Source: TPA_inf: Saccharomyces (taxonomy: Eukaryota). From it: 64,000 bases of DNA. Below the pieces are notes generated by a model, which was not told the DNA's origin, did not search any database, and was given only the letters and a program-made list of their open reading frames with translations. The stretch covers positions 1,024,001-1,088,000 of the forward strand of contig BK006938.2 of assembly GCA_000146045.2 (NCBI GenBank), in the 5' to 3' direction. How positions within the stretch are numbered: position 1 is the first letter of the stretch; every line of letters begins with the position of its first letter. This document shows, one piece after another, positions 26,459-37,504 of the stretch. Both the position numbers and the translations under genes were made by a program.

Positions 26459-28228
26459 CTACTTGGTGGCGGTATCCTCTCCTGGACCCAACTTGTATAA
26501 TGCGTCTAGGAATCCCACAATCAATTTGTCTGCAACGCCAGCAGTTTTAACGCTCCCGGCGACACCATATAGAGCGCTAGTTCCGTCTGGGGATGGTTTA
26601 GAATTTGATTCGCTCTTCAACTCTTGCACGGTAGTACGTAAAATGTCGCAGATCTCATCCACAACATGAGCGCTCAATCTCGTGAAGGCCATGTGTAGTG
26701 CAACCGGCTTTTGTAGGGCATTGAAATGCCAGCCTTTCTTGGACAACCTGTCAGATAGTTCGTGTATGTTCAAGGTCTTTGAAGAAAATGAAATGACTGA
26801 ATATCTAGGGTTGCCCATTATATTCAGGTCTGGAATGTTTTCCTGGATGTATTTTTTAAACTTCATTGCTGCACCGACTATTTCTTGGCACGACTCAATG
26901 TACCCATTTTCACCCATGTTGACCATAGTGGCCCAACAACCTACGACAATAGCACCAGGCCTGGACCCTGCTAATGTAGGAGAGCCATATAACCCGCCAG
27001 TCCAAGCAGGATTTACGTAATACTGATGCATTCGTAAGTCGCTGTTTCTATACATTATAACTGACGAGCCTTTTGGTGCAAATCCATATTTATGAGTGTC
27101 ACATGATATTGAGGTGACTCCCGGGACTCTAAAGTCAAGTAATGGCAGATTTTTGTAACCAGCCTTTTCCATAAATGAAACAATAAAGGAACCTAGACAA
27201 CTGTCGACGTGTAAAGGAAGTTTATATTTTTGTGCTATTTTACCCAATCCTTCAATATCATCGGCAATACCATGAGGAAAGTTTGGAGCGGAACCGACCA
27301 GTAAAATTGTGTTCTTATTGATGAATTTTTTCACTTTTCCCAGGTCCACTTGATATGTCGTTGGATCTAGCTCCACGTGGCGTAGCTTCATGCCAAAGTA
27401 ATAAGCAGCTTTGTCAAACCCAGCATGTGCAGTTACGGGAGCAATTATTTCTGGTTCGGTGATTCCACGATGATGAAGGGCATACATTTTAGCGCTCAGA
27501 CATGCTAAAAGCAAGGATTCTGTACCACCTGAAGTTGTGGTACCACAACCTGTATCAGAAGGGGCATTAAACATTCTTAAAACCATAGAAACCACTTCGG
27601 ATTCCATTTTACGTACGGCAGGAAAGACATCGGGATGTAATTGATTGGCAACGCAATATTTTTCGTATGCGATTGTTTGTAAGTGGATCAAATCATCACC
27701 ACCGTGGTAAACGGCACCAGAGACCTTTCCTTCCTTCCATTGGGTATGTGGTATCAAGTCGTTCAATTTATTTAGCTCTTCAATAACATCATCCTGAGGT
27801 ATCCCATTGGATGGCAACTGTGGGAAATTCATTAACTGAGAGTCCGATCTAATTAGTTCGTCTTCGATCGATTGTTTGACCTTTGTGACTTCCTTTTCTA
27901 CGGTACCCCTCAAAAATGGTGAGTCCAATAACCAACGAAACAATCTTCTGGAACTATGCTCGTATGTTCTCACTGCTAACCTCACCGGCCCATAAACTTT
28001 CAACAGATAAAAAAAATTACTTATTAGCTTGTAACAAAAGATCACAAACAAATAATCCTTCAACATGTTGTACCATGGGGTATTTCTGAGGTAACCATGT
28101 ATGGCTATTTTTAATTCGTTGATGGTTAGAATCATAAACTGGGCAAAGTCGCCTTCTTCCCTTAGTAAATGAATTGGCATGCCATACCAACCATTAATTG
28201 ATACTGTTTTATTTGATACTCCACTCAT
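26459..28228 (-). CDS. DPL1: dihydrosphingosine-phosphate lyase (PLP-dependent)
   Basis: 589-aa ORF with an N-terminal transmembrane segment and a PLP-lysine region (SCDTHKYGFAPKG) typical of sphingosine-1-phosphate lyases. Confidence 0.9.
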   Translation of the reverse strand: MSGVSNKTVSINGWYGMPIHLLREEGDFAQFMILTINELKIAIHGYLRNTPWYNMLKDYLFVIFCYKLISNFFYLLKVYGPVRLAVRTYEHSSRRLFRWLLDSPFLRGTVEKEVTKVKQSIEDELIRSDSQLMNFPQLPSNGIPQDDVIEELNKLNDLIPHTQWKEGKVSGAVYHGGDDLIHLQTIAYEKYCVANQLHPDVFPAVRKMESEVVSMVLRMFNAPSDTGCGTTTSGGTESLLLACLSAKMYALHHRGITEPEIIAPVTAHAGFDKAAYYFGMKLRHVELDPTTYQVDLGKVKKFINKNTILLVGSAPNFPHGIADDIEGLGKIAQKYKLPLHVDSCLGSFIVSFMEKAGYKNLPLLDFRVPGVTSISCDTHKYGFAPKGSSVIMYRNSDLRMHQYYVNPAWTGGLYGSPTLAGSRPGAIVVGCWATMVNMGENGYIESCQEIVGAAMKFKKYIQENIPDLNIMGNPRYSVISFSSKTLNIHELSDRLSKKGWHFNALQKPVALHMAFTRLSAHVVDEICDILRTTVQELKSESNSKPSPDGTSALYGVAGSVKTAGVADKLIVGFLDALYKLGPGEDTATK

Positions 28229-28622
28229 TGTATTAGATGGAAAAATCCCTTTACAGAAGCTAGCCTACTTGCTCGGTAAAGAGGATCTGGAATAGTTATA
28301 ACGGTTGGAGAGGCAAATTGAGGGTTTTATTTATATGTGTACTGAAAATATACCAATTTTTTCAATCAAAAAACCCCGATGCGGCCGGCCGGTATATATG
28401 GTAACTAACATGAAATAATGCACCAGAGTAGTTGATGAAATGTTTCTGAAGAATAAGGCGATAAACGATAGGCAACTGTGTAGATTTAAATATTTGGCCA
28501 ATCTCTATGTACTTTCTCTTTTTTTCCAGTGTCAAATACTTGTAGAAACAGTCTAATTCATTAAGAAAGTATATAAAATCTCTCTATATTATACAGGCTA
28601 CTTCTTTTAGGAAACGTCACAT

Positions 28623-30647
28623 TCATGTGTAATTAGGGGTATTGGATCTTGTTGATCTAAACCGTGTACCATTTGCGGCAGCTTTTTCCACCTGGACGTT
28701 GTTTTTGTTTTTTAAGTCGTACTGTCGGTTCATTAAGGTTATGTAATTCTTTAAGAATTTGTTTCTTGCTTTAAGCGACTGAAAATCATTCTGTAAACGT
28801 TCCAGCTCCTTCTTCAAGCTTTCTGTGGAAAATTTAGTCAGTGGACCATTAACTTCGTTTTCTAAAGACTTCATTGATTCTTGCAAAATTTTCAATGTTT
28901 GCGCGGACTCTGCGGCTTTTGAAGATTCTATTTGATATTTGGAACGTAGTTCATCATTGAGCTTTGATTTTTCCGCATTTGCTTGTTGGAGTTCCTTTAA
29001 CTTATTAAAAAGAGTCGCATTTTTGTCTATGTATTCCTTCAACTTGTCTGCTAAGGCAGATCCCTCTTCCAGATGATTTTCTGATGAAATAGTATTCGAG
29101 GGCAATTTGTTGAAATTCTCTAGTTCCTGCCTATTTTTCAGTAAGTGATTTATTTTATTTTGTAGCTTGGTAGATTCTGTCATCGCATGCTTCAACCTTT
29201 TTTCAGAGTCATTAATGGATTTTTCCACTTCTTGTTTTTTCTTGAATGTAAGACCAACAGAATTCTTTATTTCGTCCAACTGGTTCTGCCGTTGAGTTTC
29301 GTTTAATCGTTTCTCGTACAGTGGAACAGTGCCTTTGGCATACTCGTCCTGTATATCTCGCAATCTTATGACGGCTCTATGCATTAACTCTGTTTGGTAG
29401 GTTTTGATATCCAATGGTCCGTCCCAAAGGGGCAATTCTGTAGACGAATATTGCAATTTTGTTAATTGAGGCTGCCAAAACCCAGAATCGCTCGAATCTT
29501 TGGAGGCCTCATCTAACGTTATCAAATCCAAAACCGGTAAAATGTTATTGCAATCTTTCCCCTCTAAACAACACTTTACCAATTTAATATAATCAATCTC
29601 ACAGTTGTTCACCGGAGCATTCCTTGCTTGCAAAAAATATAGTAAGGAGGATTTGATCTCTTCATATTCTTGGCTATCATCGACATGACCGTTATTGCTC
29701 AAATGCGACGATTTAACACTTGAATTCTTGATTTCAGAATCTAACAAGTAATGATCTGGAGAATTTTGTACTAATAGCTTTATTATCGGAATATCCTTAT
29801 TGGCATTATTCCTCAGTACCTGCAAAGCGGGCAATTCAACTTCCAACATTGGATCAAAACTAATTATCATATCTATATCATAGTTAGCCAATAGGTATTG
29901 ATCGTGTTTGAGATGTTTGGTAGTGGCTAAAAACAGCCAGTCATCCGTATTTATTTTTCTTTTTTTCAGGTTTCTTTTCACTGAGTAATCATAGTCGTCC
30001 TTAGAATAACCTGTATAAGAGGTCGAATTGGAATTAGAGCTTGTGCTGCTTACAGAATTTGGTGTTCCATCTTTATTTATTGTGGAATCGACCGTAGGTA
30101 GATTAGGGAATTTGTGTTTCTCATTATAAAGAGATGTACCGGAAAGTCTCTTGGTTCTGAATTTCTTGCCTAATATTAAACCTTCTAGCAAATCTAATTC
30201 CTTTATGCTGTGTGCGATGATGGCACATTTTATAACTTCGTTTGGTGAGCCCTCTCTGTCTCTAAAGCATATCGAATTAATGAGCTGGTTGAGAACTTGA
30301 AACTTGTGGCTCCCAGCAATAGAGCTTTCCGTGGGCTCCATTCTCAAAAGCTGTCGAGGCATATAATGGTCCACTAGAAGGGAAGGATGATTGGCTATTG
30401 CTCTTATGTTTGAATCAAAGATATAGGTTAATTGCCTTTGTGATAGCGTTGGATACGGATGTGTTTCAGGGCCAGCAGGTAAGCCGGAAGGCTTGTTCAC
30501 TGCATCTGCCTGTGGTTCTCCTATTATGCTTGCTTTGAATGACTTGGCGTGCAGGGATATCAAAATTTCTGATAAATCCTTTTGAAATTGGGTTAGCGTT
30601 ACAGGTAAGTAATAGACTTTTAGTTTCTTAGAATTTTTCCTACTCAT
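28623..30647 (-). CDS. HDA2: HDA1 histone deacetylase complex subunit
   Basis: The longest ORF is 686 aa from 30683; known Hda2 is 674 aa, matching the 13th codon ATG (MSRKNSKKLKVYYLPV) at 30647. It has a C-terminal coiled coil. Confidence 0.85.
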   Translation of the reverse strand: MSRKNSKKLKVYYLPVTLTQFQKDLSEILISLHAKSFKASIIGEPQADAVNKPSGLPAGPETHPYPTLSQRQLTYIFDSNIRAIANHPSLLVDHYMPRQLLRMEPTESSIAGSHKFQVLNQLINSICFRDREGSPNEVIKCAIIAHSIKELDLLEGLILGKKFRTKRLSGTSLYNEKHKFPNLPTVDSTINKDGTPNSVSSTSSNSNSTSYTGYSKDDYDYSVKRNLKKRKINTDDWLFLATTKHLKHDQYLLANYDIDMIISFDPMLEVELPALQVLRNNANKDIPIIKLLVQNSPDHYLLDSEIKNSSVKSSHLSNNGHVDDSQEYEEIKSSLLYFLQARNAPVNNCEIDYIKLVKCCLEGKDCNNILPVLDLITLDEASKDSSDSGFWQPQLTKLQYSSTELPLWDGPLDIKTYQTELMHRAVIRLRDIQDEYAKGTVPLYEKRLNETQRQNQLDEIKNSVGLTFKKKQEVEKSINDSEKRLKHAMTESTKLQNKINHLLKNRQELENFNKLPSNTISSENHLEEGSALADKLKEYIDKNATLFNKLKELQQANAEKSKLNDELRSKYQIESSKAAESAQTLKILQESMKSLENEVNGPLTKFSTESLKKELERLQNDFQSLKARNKFLKNYITLMNRQYDLKNKNNVQVEKAAANGTRFRSTRSNTPNYT

Positions 30648-30751
30648 GTCGATAGTATTGTATCTATTTTCTTTATTTTTCACACACTAATGAAGCCAAA
30701 TACTTTTACTACTACTTAAACGCCTTCAATCGTTCTCAATTCTGTCTTTTT

Positions 30752-30768
30752 AAAAAAAAAAATTTTTT
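30752..30768. repeat. A11T6 homopolymer junction in the HDA2/MHR1 divergent promoter
   Basis: aaaaaaaaaaatttttt is read directly; a typical nucleosome-excluding poly(dA:dT) element that also embeds AAAAATTTT. Confidence 0.8.
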
Positions 30769-31160
30769 GTTACCTCTCCTTTCTCGATGTTCTACTAGTT
30801 GTGGTTACTCTTCTGTGCCGCAATTATGTTATTTTAGTAGGACTGTATTTTTTTTTTTTCTTTTGTTGTCGCTTTTCTTATATATCTATATAACTATTTA
30901 TTTGGGCTGTAGAGAACTTTCTCAGGAAATATAAACTAGGAGACATTCGTGTAAGCAATGAACCATATACGCCACGGTTAAATTTCAGACGTGCATAAAG
31001 TTGATGATTCCTGTCAAGTTAACGACTCATTTTGTACGGTAGACGGGAAAAATACATTTCCTACAATATTCTCTTTTCCGATATTCAGATACTAAAGGAA
31101 AAAGTGAAAGTAAGGCTATATGATGAAATGTAGAGGAAACGGAAAGAGGAGATCCTGTGA

Positions 31161-31892
<732 letters not shown>

Positions 31893-32070
31893 AACGCTTC
31901 GTCATTAGATATACAAATGCAGGTAGAAAAAAAAACATATATAAGCTCATGTAAATAGTGCAATGCAAACCTTTCTGCCAAATCCCGTTCCACGGAAAAA
32001 CACGTGCTGTGCGGGTATCCGCAAAAAGAAGATAGGTCAAAACAGGAATACACAGGGCTAGTCTTTATTA

Positions 32071-32110
32071 CTGCCGCTGCTGCTGCTGCCGCTGCTACTG
32101 CTGCTGTTGT
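32071..32110. repeat. imperfect (CTG/GCT)13 trinucleotide repeat in the MHR1-SUR2 intergenic region
   Basis: ctgccgctgctgctgctgccgctgctactgctgctgttgt is read directly; it underlies the spurious poly-Ala ORF at 31790..32140 (-). Confidence 0.95.
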
Positions 32111-32550
32111 GTGACTTGAAACGCGTTTTATCCTCCTCACCTTATCGTCATTTCTCTATCTTTTTCACTTGCACAGCTTAATAAGCTTTTCGACCTCCTG
32201 TTTCCTATTGTCTTATTCCCTCACCCCGCGTCCTTCTTCGGGCAGTCGCGCTTTTCTCCGGCTTCTGCGGTTTTTCTTAGTCTTTCCGCACCAATTTTCA
32301 CAGAAAAATTTCTTTTTGGGTTACTAAAAATTTCTTGTTTGCTATTGTCTTGATTTATTTCACTCTTTCTTCATCCTGCTGCGCTGTTGTTGCCGCATTT
32401 TTCGTTTCGTGTTTTGGGATTATAAAAGAAGTAACGATTTACATATCTTCTATTCCCTTGCATTTACTCCGGGTCTTCGTCTTTACTGTTTGGTCTGGGT
32501 ATTTCTAACATTCTAGTCCGAAGAGGGTGTATACGAAAAGAAAATATACG

Positions 32551-33600
32551 ATGAACGTAACATCGAATGCAACTGCAGCCGGTTCCTTTCCACTAGCATT
32601 TGGTCTCAAGACCTCATTTGGGTTTATGCACTATGCCAAGGCCCCTGCCATTAATTTACGCCCCAAGGAATCCTTGCTGCCGGAAATGAGTGATGGTGTG
32701 CTGGCCTTGGTTGCGCCGGTTGTTGCCTACTGGGCGTTGTCTGGTATATTCCATGTAATAGACACTTTCCATCTGGCTGAGAAGTACAGAATTCATCCGA
32801 GCGAAGAGGTTGCCAAGAGGAACAAGGCGTCGAGAATGCATGTTTTCCTTGAAGTGATTCTACAACATATCATACAGACCATTGTTGGCCTTATCTTTAT
32901 GCACTTCGAGCCGATCTACATGACTGGGTTTGAAGAAAATGCCATGTGGAAGCTTCGTGCAGACCTTCCTCGGATTATTCCAGATGCCGCTATTTATTAC
33001 GGCTATATGTACGGAATGTCCGCTTTGAAGATCTTTGCAGGCTTTTTATTCGTTGATACATGGCAATACTTTTTGCATAGATTGATGCATATGAATAAGA
33101 CCTTATACAAATGGTTCCACTCTGTTCATCATGAACTATACGTGCCATATGCTTACGGTGCTCTTTTCAACAATCCTGTTGAGGGCTTCTTGTTAGATAC
33201 TTTGGGAACCGGTATTGCCATGACGTTAACTCATTTGACTCACAGAGAGCAAATCATTCTTTTTACCTTTGCCACCATGAAGACTGTCGATGACCACTGT
33301 GGGTATGCTTTGCCACTTGACCCATTCCAATGGCTTTTCCCTAATAACGCTGTCTATCACGATATCCACCACCAGCAATTTGGTATCAAGACGAACTTTG
33401 CTCAACCATTTTTCACTTTCTGGGACAATTTGTTCCAAACTAACTTTAAAGGGTTTGAAGAATATCAAAAGAAGCAAAGACGTGTCACCATCGACAAGTA
33501 CAAAGAGTTTTTGCAAGAGAGAGAATTGGAAAAGAAGGAGAAACTCAAAAACTTCAAAGCTATGAATGCTGCTGAAAATGAAGTAAAGAAAGAGAAATAA
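32551..33600 (+). CDS. SUR2: sphinganine C4-hydroxylase (fatty acid hydroxylase superfamily, di-iron His boxes)
   Basis: Histidine boxes HRLMH, HSVHH and HDIHH are visible. The frame opens at 32527 (357 aa), but known Sur2 is 349 aa and starts at the ATG at 32551 (MNVTSNATAAG). Confidence 0.9.
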   Translation: MNVTSNATAAGSFPLAFGLKTSFGFMHYAKAPAINLRPKESLLPEMSDGVLALVAPVVAYWALSGIFHVIDTFHLAEKYRIHPSEEVAKRNKASRMHVFLEVILQHIIQTIVGLIFMHFEPIYMTGFEENAMWKLRADLPRIIPDAAIYYGYMYGMSALKIFAGFLFVDTWQYFLHRLMHMNKTLYKWFHSVHHELYVPYAYGALFNNPVEGFLLDTLGTGIAMTLTHLTHREQIILFTFATMKTVDDHCGYALPLDPFQWLFPNNAVYHDIHHQQFGIKTNFAQPFFTFWDNLFQTNFKGFEEYQKKQRRVTIDKYKEFLQERELEKKEKLKNFKAMNAAENEVKKEK

Positions 33601-33898
33601 CCCTTTTGCATACCTCCCGTTCAATTGCTGGGTAAAGGCAATGTCTCCGACTTCCCACGTTTGTATTTATTATCCATTTATATACATCAAGACATATTAT
33701 TAAGTGTATAGGCGTGACTTTGACTATATATTTGATTTGTAACGAAAGAATACATCAAAATTCAACTATGAAATGGTTATTATTGTGCATGCACATCTTG
33801 AATTATCAAAAAGGTCTTAAATGTTCTTCGGACTTTCTTGAAATCTTCGAAAACTGATGAGAATTCTTCATTATTTTTTTTTTTCTTCTTTTATTATT

Positions 33899-33909
33899 TT
33901 TTATGTTTA
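33899..33909 (+). other. exact 11/11 match to the ARS consensus sequence (WTTTAYRTTTW) in a very AT-rich convergent intergenic region; candidate replication origin
   Basis: TTTTATGTTTA is read directly. The surrounding region 33840-34100 is over 80 percent A+T with long T runs, and convergent 3' intergenes are favoured ARS locations. Confidence 0.35.
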
Positions 33910-34175
33910 TTCCATATATACACTTATAATTTTTTTTTTTGCGATTAATATAAGTTTGCCTGGATACACGAACATATATATGATTAAAATGGTTGTCTCG
34001 AACAAAAAAATTCACTTTTTAGAGGGGTTTCTTATTTATTCGTATATGTACGTAATTTTGATGTTTAGGAAAAATTCACGGAAAAGAATATATATTTGAA
34101 CAGAATCAAAAATTAGGAGGGAGGCAAAGAAAGTAACATCAAACGAGTTGAGCATATCCAACTATATTATTAACG

Positions 34176-34814
34176 TTAAATGCTGTCCTCTAAGACCTTA
34201 TTCAGTTTTTGAATCTTTGTAGAAATGCTTAAGTCAACAGTCTTGTCACCAAGTTCTACAATCAAACCACCCTTAATCTCTGGCTTAACCACGTTTTCCA
34301 GCTTCAAAGATTTACCTTGCCCCACCAATTTGGAGGCGCTCAAAGCTTTTTCAATCCTCTTGAAAGATTTAGGATCCAATGGTTCAGCACTAGTCACTGT
34401 ACCTTTAAGTAACCCGTTGTGAGCATCGTTTAAAACGCCAAAGTCAGACGCAATTTTTTCAAAACATCCCAGTCTGTTATTTTCGGAAAGAACCTTCAAT
34501 AGGTTAACGACATAACCATCCAAATTCTTGTGAGTCTCCACGATGGCATCAATGACAGAATTTCTGTCCTTCAATGACAATGCAGGATTCAGTAATAAGT
34601 GACCTAATTTTGGATTCTTTTTGACTGTGCTTTCAACTTTTTGCAAAGATTGAAAGGCAGCATCAATAGAGGAGTTCTTTGCAGCGGCCTGATATAAAGC
34701 TGTTGCGTAAGTGCCCTCAACACCGAACAATCTCACCGGTGGGGGAGCAGCAGCTTTGGAAGCAGCAGCTCTTAAGCTTGATGCAAATGACCTGGTAAAG
34801 ACTCTATTAAACAT
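34176..34814 (-). CDS. ATP5: F1F0 ATP synthase subunit 5 (OSCP)
   Basis: 212-aa ORF with an N-terminal mitochondrial presequence ([18 protein letters not shown]) and OSCP-like sequence. Confidence 0.9.
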   Translation of the reverse strand: MFNRVFTRSFASSLRAAASKAAAPPPVRLFGVEGTYATALYQAAAKNSSIDAAFQSLQKVESTVKKNPKLGHLLLNPALSLKDRNSVIDAIVETHKNLDGYVVNLLKVLSENNRLGCFEKIASDFGVLNDAHNGLLKGTVTSAEPLDPKSFKRIEKALSASKLVGQGKSLKLENVVKPEIKGGLIVELGDKTVDLSISTKIQKLNKVLEDSI

Positions 34815-35061
34815 GATTGTCCACGGTTTAAAAATAATGCGGTAACTTGCTAATCGGTTCTTACTCTGCGGAAAAATATCTCAATGCCACAGTAGCCTGC
34901 TTAAATTTCCAAGTTGACTGAATTTTGTTTTCAATGAGATAAAAACTAGAAATACTGTACACAAAGTTAACAATTGGCGTTTGAAATTGTTCCTAGATAA
35001 TTGAAAGTTTTACTATCTCGCCAAAAGATCACTTCATTATCTTTAATTCCTTGTTTTTCCC

Positions 35062-35077
35062 ACCCGGGCCCGGGTAA
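35062..35077. promoter_or_regulatory. perfect 14-bp GC palindrome ACCCGGGCCCGGGT overlapping a Reb1 consensus site (CCGGGTAA) in the ATP5/BFR2 divergent promoter
   Basis: cacccgggcccgggtaaatg is read directly; CCGGGTAA is the reverse complement of the Reb1 motif TTACCCGG. A CCAAT-type element (TTATTGGCC) lies about 30 bp downstream on the ATP5 side. Confidence 0.5.
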
Positions 35078-35480
35078 ATGATATTTCAAATATCAGCATC
35101 TTATTGGCCAGCACCGTCTCTCGAAAGTGTCCACTTTATGACGACGGCATAAAATATAACGATTTATTGGACGTAAGTAGTTTTATAAGTTACTAAACCA
35201 AGATTATTCCGGCAAAAAAATGAACTTTAAGAGATATCTGAGCGCTTCGTATTTCTTGGTAGTCCCTTATAATGTACTACATTTATGTAGACCAGGTTTG
35301 CAGCCAGATCTTACGGGAAAGAGATTTTACGGCTCCCAGTCCGAGCTTTTCCATATACTACTCTAATATACAATGCATTCTTAGATTTCTTAACTGCTGC
35401 ATATGCTGTCTTTGGTCCTTTGCAAGCCTATTACTGCGGATTTAAGTTTTTTCCACTGATCGTTACCCGAATTTATGGGT

Positions 35481-35523
35481 TCTGAAAAATTAGAAGATGG
35501 AAAATTTTTCAATACGCGATGAG
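35481..35523 (+). promoter_or_regulatory. ribosome-biogenesis promoter motifs upstream of BFR2: RRPE-like (TGAAAAATT, GAAAATTTTT) and exact PAC (GCGATGAG, then GATGAG again)
   Basis: tctgaaaaattagaagatggaaaatttttcaatacgcgatgagatgag lies 100-150 bp upstream of the BFR2 ATG. Confidence 0.65.
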
Positions 35524-35626
35524 ATGAGATAATTGTATATATGTAGTCGCATCTTGATAGGTATGCAGCGTACCATACATTGAGTAACAATAAGCACTGT
35601 TACCAATAAATATAGAGCAAAAAAAG

Positions 35627-37231
35627 ATGGAAAAATCACTAGCGGATCAAATTTCCGATATCGCCATTAAACCGGTCAATAAAGACTTCGATATTGAAGA
35701 TGAGGAAAATGCATCTTTATTTCAACACAATGAAAAAAATGGAGAAAGTGATTTAAGCGACTATGGAAATAGCAACACAGAAGAAACCAAGAAGGCGCAC
35801 TATTTGGAGGTGGAAAAGTCTAAGTTAAGAGCAGAAAAAGGTTTAGAACTAAACGATCCAAAATATACAGGTGTTAAAGGTTCAAGACAAGCATTATATG
35901 AAGAAGTTTCCGAGAATGAGGACGAAGAAGAAGAAGAAGAAGAGGAAGAAGAAAAAGAGGAAGATGCTCTTTCATTCAGGACAGATTCTGAAGATGAAGA
36001 AGTAGAGATTGATGAAGAAGAATCAGACGCGGACGGCGGTGAAACGGAGGAGGCTCAACAGAAAAGGCATGCACTATCGAAACTAATTCAACAAGAGACT
36101 AAACAAGCTATTAACAAACTGTCTCAATCAGTTCAAAGAGATGCTTCGAAGGGTTATTCCATTTTACAACAGACAAAATTATTTGACAACATCATTGATT
36201 TGAGAATAAAACTACAAAAAGCTGTAATTGCAGCAAATAAGCTCCCATTAACTACAGAGTCCTGGGAAGAGGCTAAAATGGATGATTCAGAGGAAACAAA
36301 GCGTTTGCTGAAGGAAAACGAAAAACTGTTCAATAATTTATTCAATCGGTTGATAAATTTCAGAATAAAATTCCAACTTGGCGATCATATCACTCAAAAT
36401 GAAGAGGTGGCGAAGCATAAATTGTCCAAAAAAAGATCTCTCAAAGAGCTTTACCAAGAAACTAATAGCTTAGACTCAGAACTAAAAGAGTACAGGACTG
36501 CCGTATTAAACAAGTGGTCTACCAAAGTTTCTTCTGCATCAGGTAACGCTGCTTTATCATCTAACAAATTCAAAGCTATCAACTTACCTGCAGATGTACA
36601 AGTCGAAAACCAATTATCCGATATGTCCCGTTTGATGAAAAGAACAAAGTTGAACAGGAGAAACATAACGCCTTTGTATTTCCAAAAAGACTGTGCTAAT
36701 GGCAGGCTACCAGAATTGATTTCTCCCGTTGTCAAAGATAGTGTTGATGACAATGAGAATTCGGATGATGGGCTTGATATCCCGAAAAACTATGACCCAA
36801 GAAGAAAGGATAACAATGCCATTGACATTACCGAAAACCCATATGTTTTTGATGACGAAGATTTTTACCGTGTTTTACTAAACGATTTAATTGACAAAAA
36901 GATTTCCAACGCTCACAATTCTGAAAGTGCAGCAATTACAATCACCTCAACTAATGCTCGTTCGAACAACAAGCTAAAGAAGAATATCGATACTAAGGCT
37001 TCCAAGGGTAGGAAATTGAACTACTCAGTTCAAGATCCAATTGCGAATTATGAAGCCCCCATCACATCCGGATACAAATGGTCAGACGACCAAATCGATG
37101 AATTCTTTGCGGGATTGTTAGGTCAACGAGTGAACTTTAATGAAAATGAGGATGAGGAACAACATGCCAGAATAGAAAATGACGAAGAATTAGAGGCTGT
37201 TAAAAACGATGATATCCAAATCTTTGGTTGA
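35627..37231 (+). CDS. BFR2: nucleolar 90S pre-ribosome/SSU processome component
   Basis: 534-aa ORF with an acidic poly-Glu tract, (GAA/GAG)n at about 35918-35966. Confidence 0.85.
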   Translation: MEKSLADQISDIAIKPVNKDFDIEDEENASLFQHNEKNGESDLSDYGNSNTEETKKAHYLEVEKSKLRAEKGLELNDPKYTGVKGSRQALYEEVSENEDEEEEEEEEEEKEEDALSFRTDSEDEEVEIDEEESDADGGETEEAQQKRHALSKLIQQETKQAINKLSQSVQRDASKGYSILQQTKLFDNIIDLRIKLQKAVIAANKLPLTTESWEEAKMDDSEETKRLLKENEKLFNNLFNRLINFRIKFQLGDHITQNEEVAKHKLSKKRSLKELYQETNSLDSELKEYRTAVLNKWSTKVSSASGNAALSSNKFKAINLPADVQVENQLSDMSRLMKRTKLNRRNITPLYFQKDCANGRLPELISPVVKDSVDDNENSDDGLDIPKNYDPRRKDNNAIDITENPYVFDDEDFYRVLLNDLIDKKISNAHNSESAAITITSTNARSNNKLKKNIDTKASKGRKLNYSVQDPIANYEAPITSGYKWSDDQIDEFFAGLLGQRVNFNENEDEEQHARIENDEELEAVKNDDIQIFG

Positions 37232-37504
37232 ATATACATTTATTTTAAATACGCACAACTCATTTAATTTAGGGCTTATAAGTAGATAGAAGGATTTTAA
37301 CGGATCACAAAAAGTAGCTGTTAACAACTACCTTTTTTTTGAGTTAAGAACACTAATGTGGATTAGGAAGAAACAGCTGCTCTGCACAATTCTTCAAAAA
37401 AACAAAACATGCTTAATGTGTCATTATTTAACCTGGAAATATAAAGGTAGTGTTTTATATAAGAAATATCATTAAGGGAATCCTCTATAACTTTTTAGTT
37501 CGTT

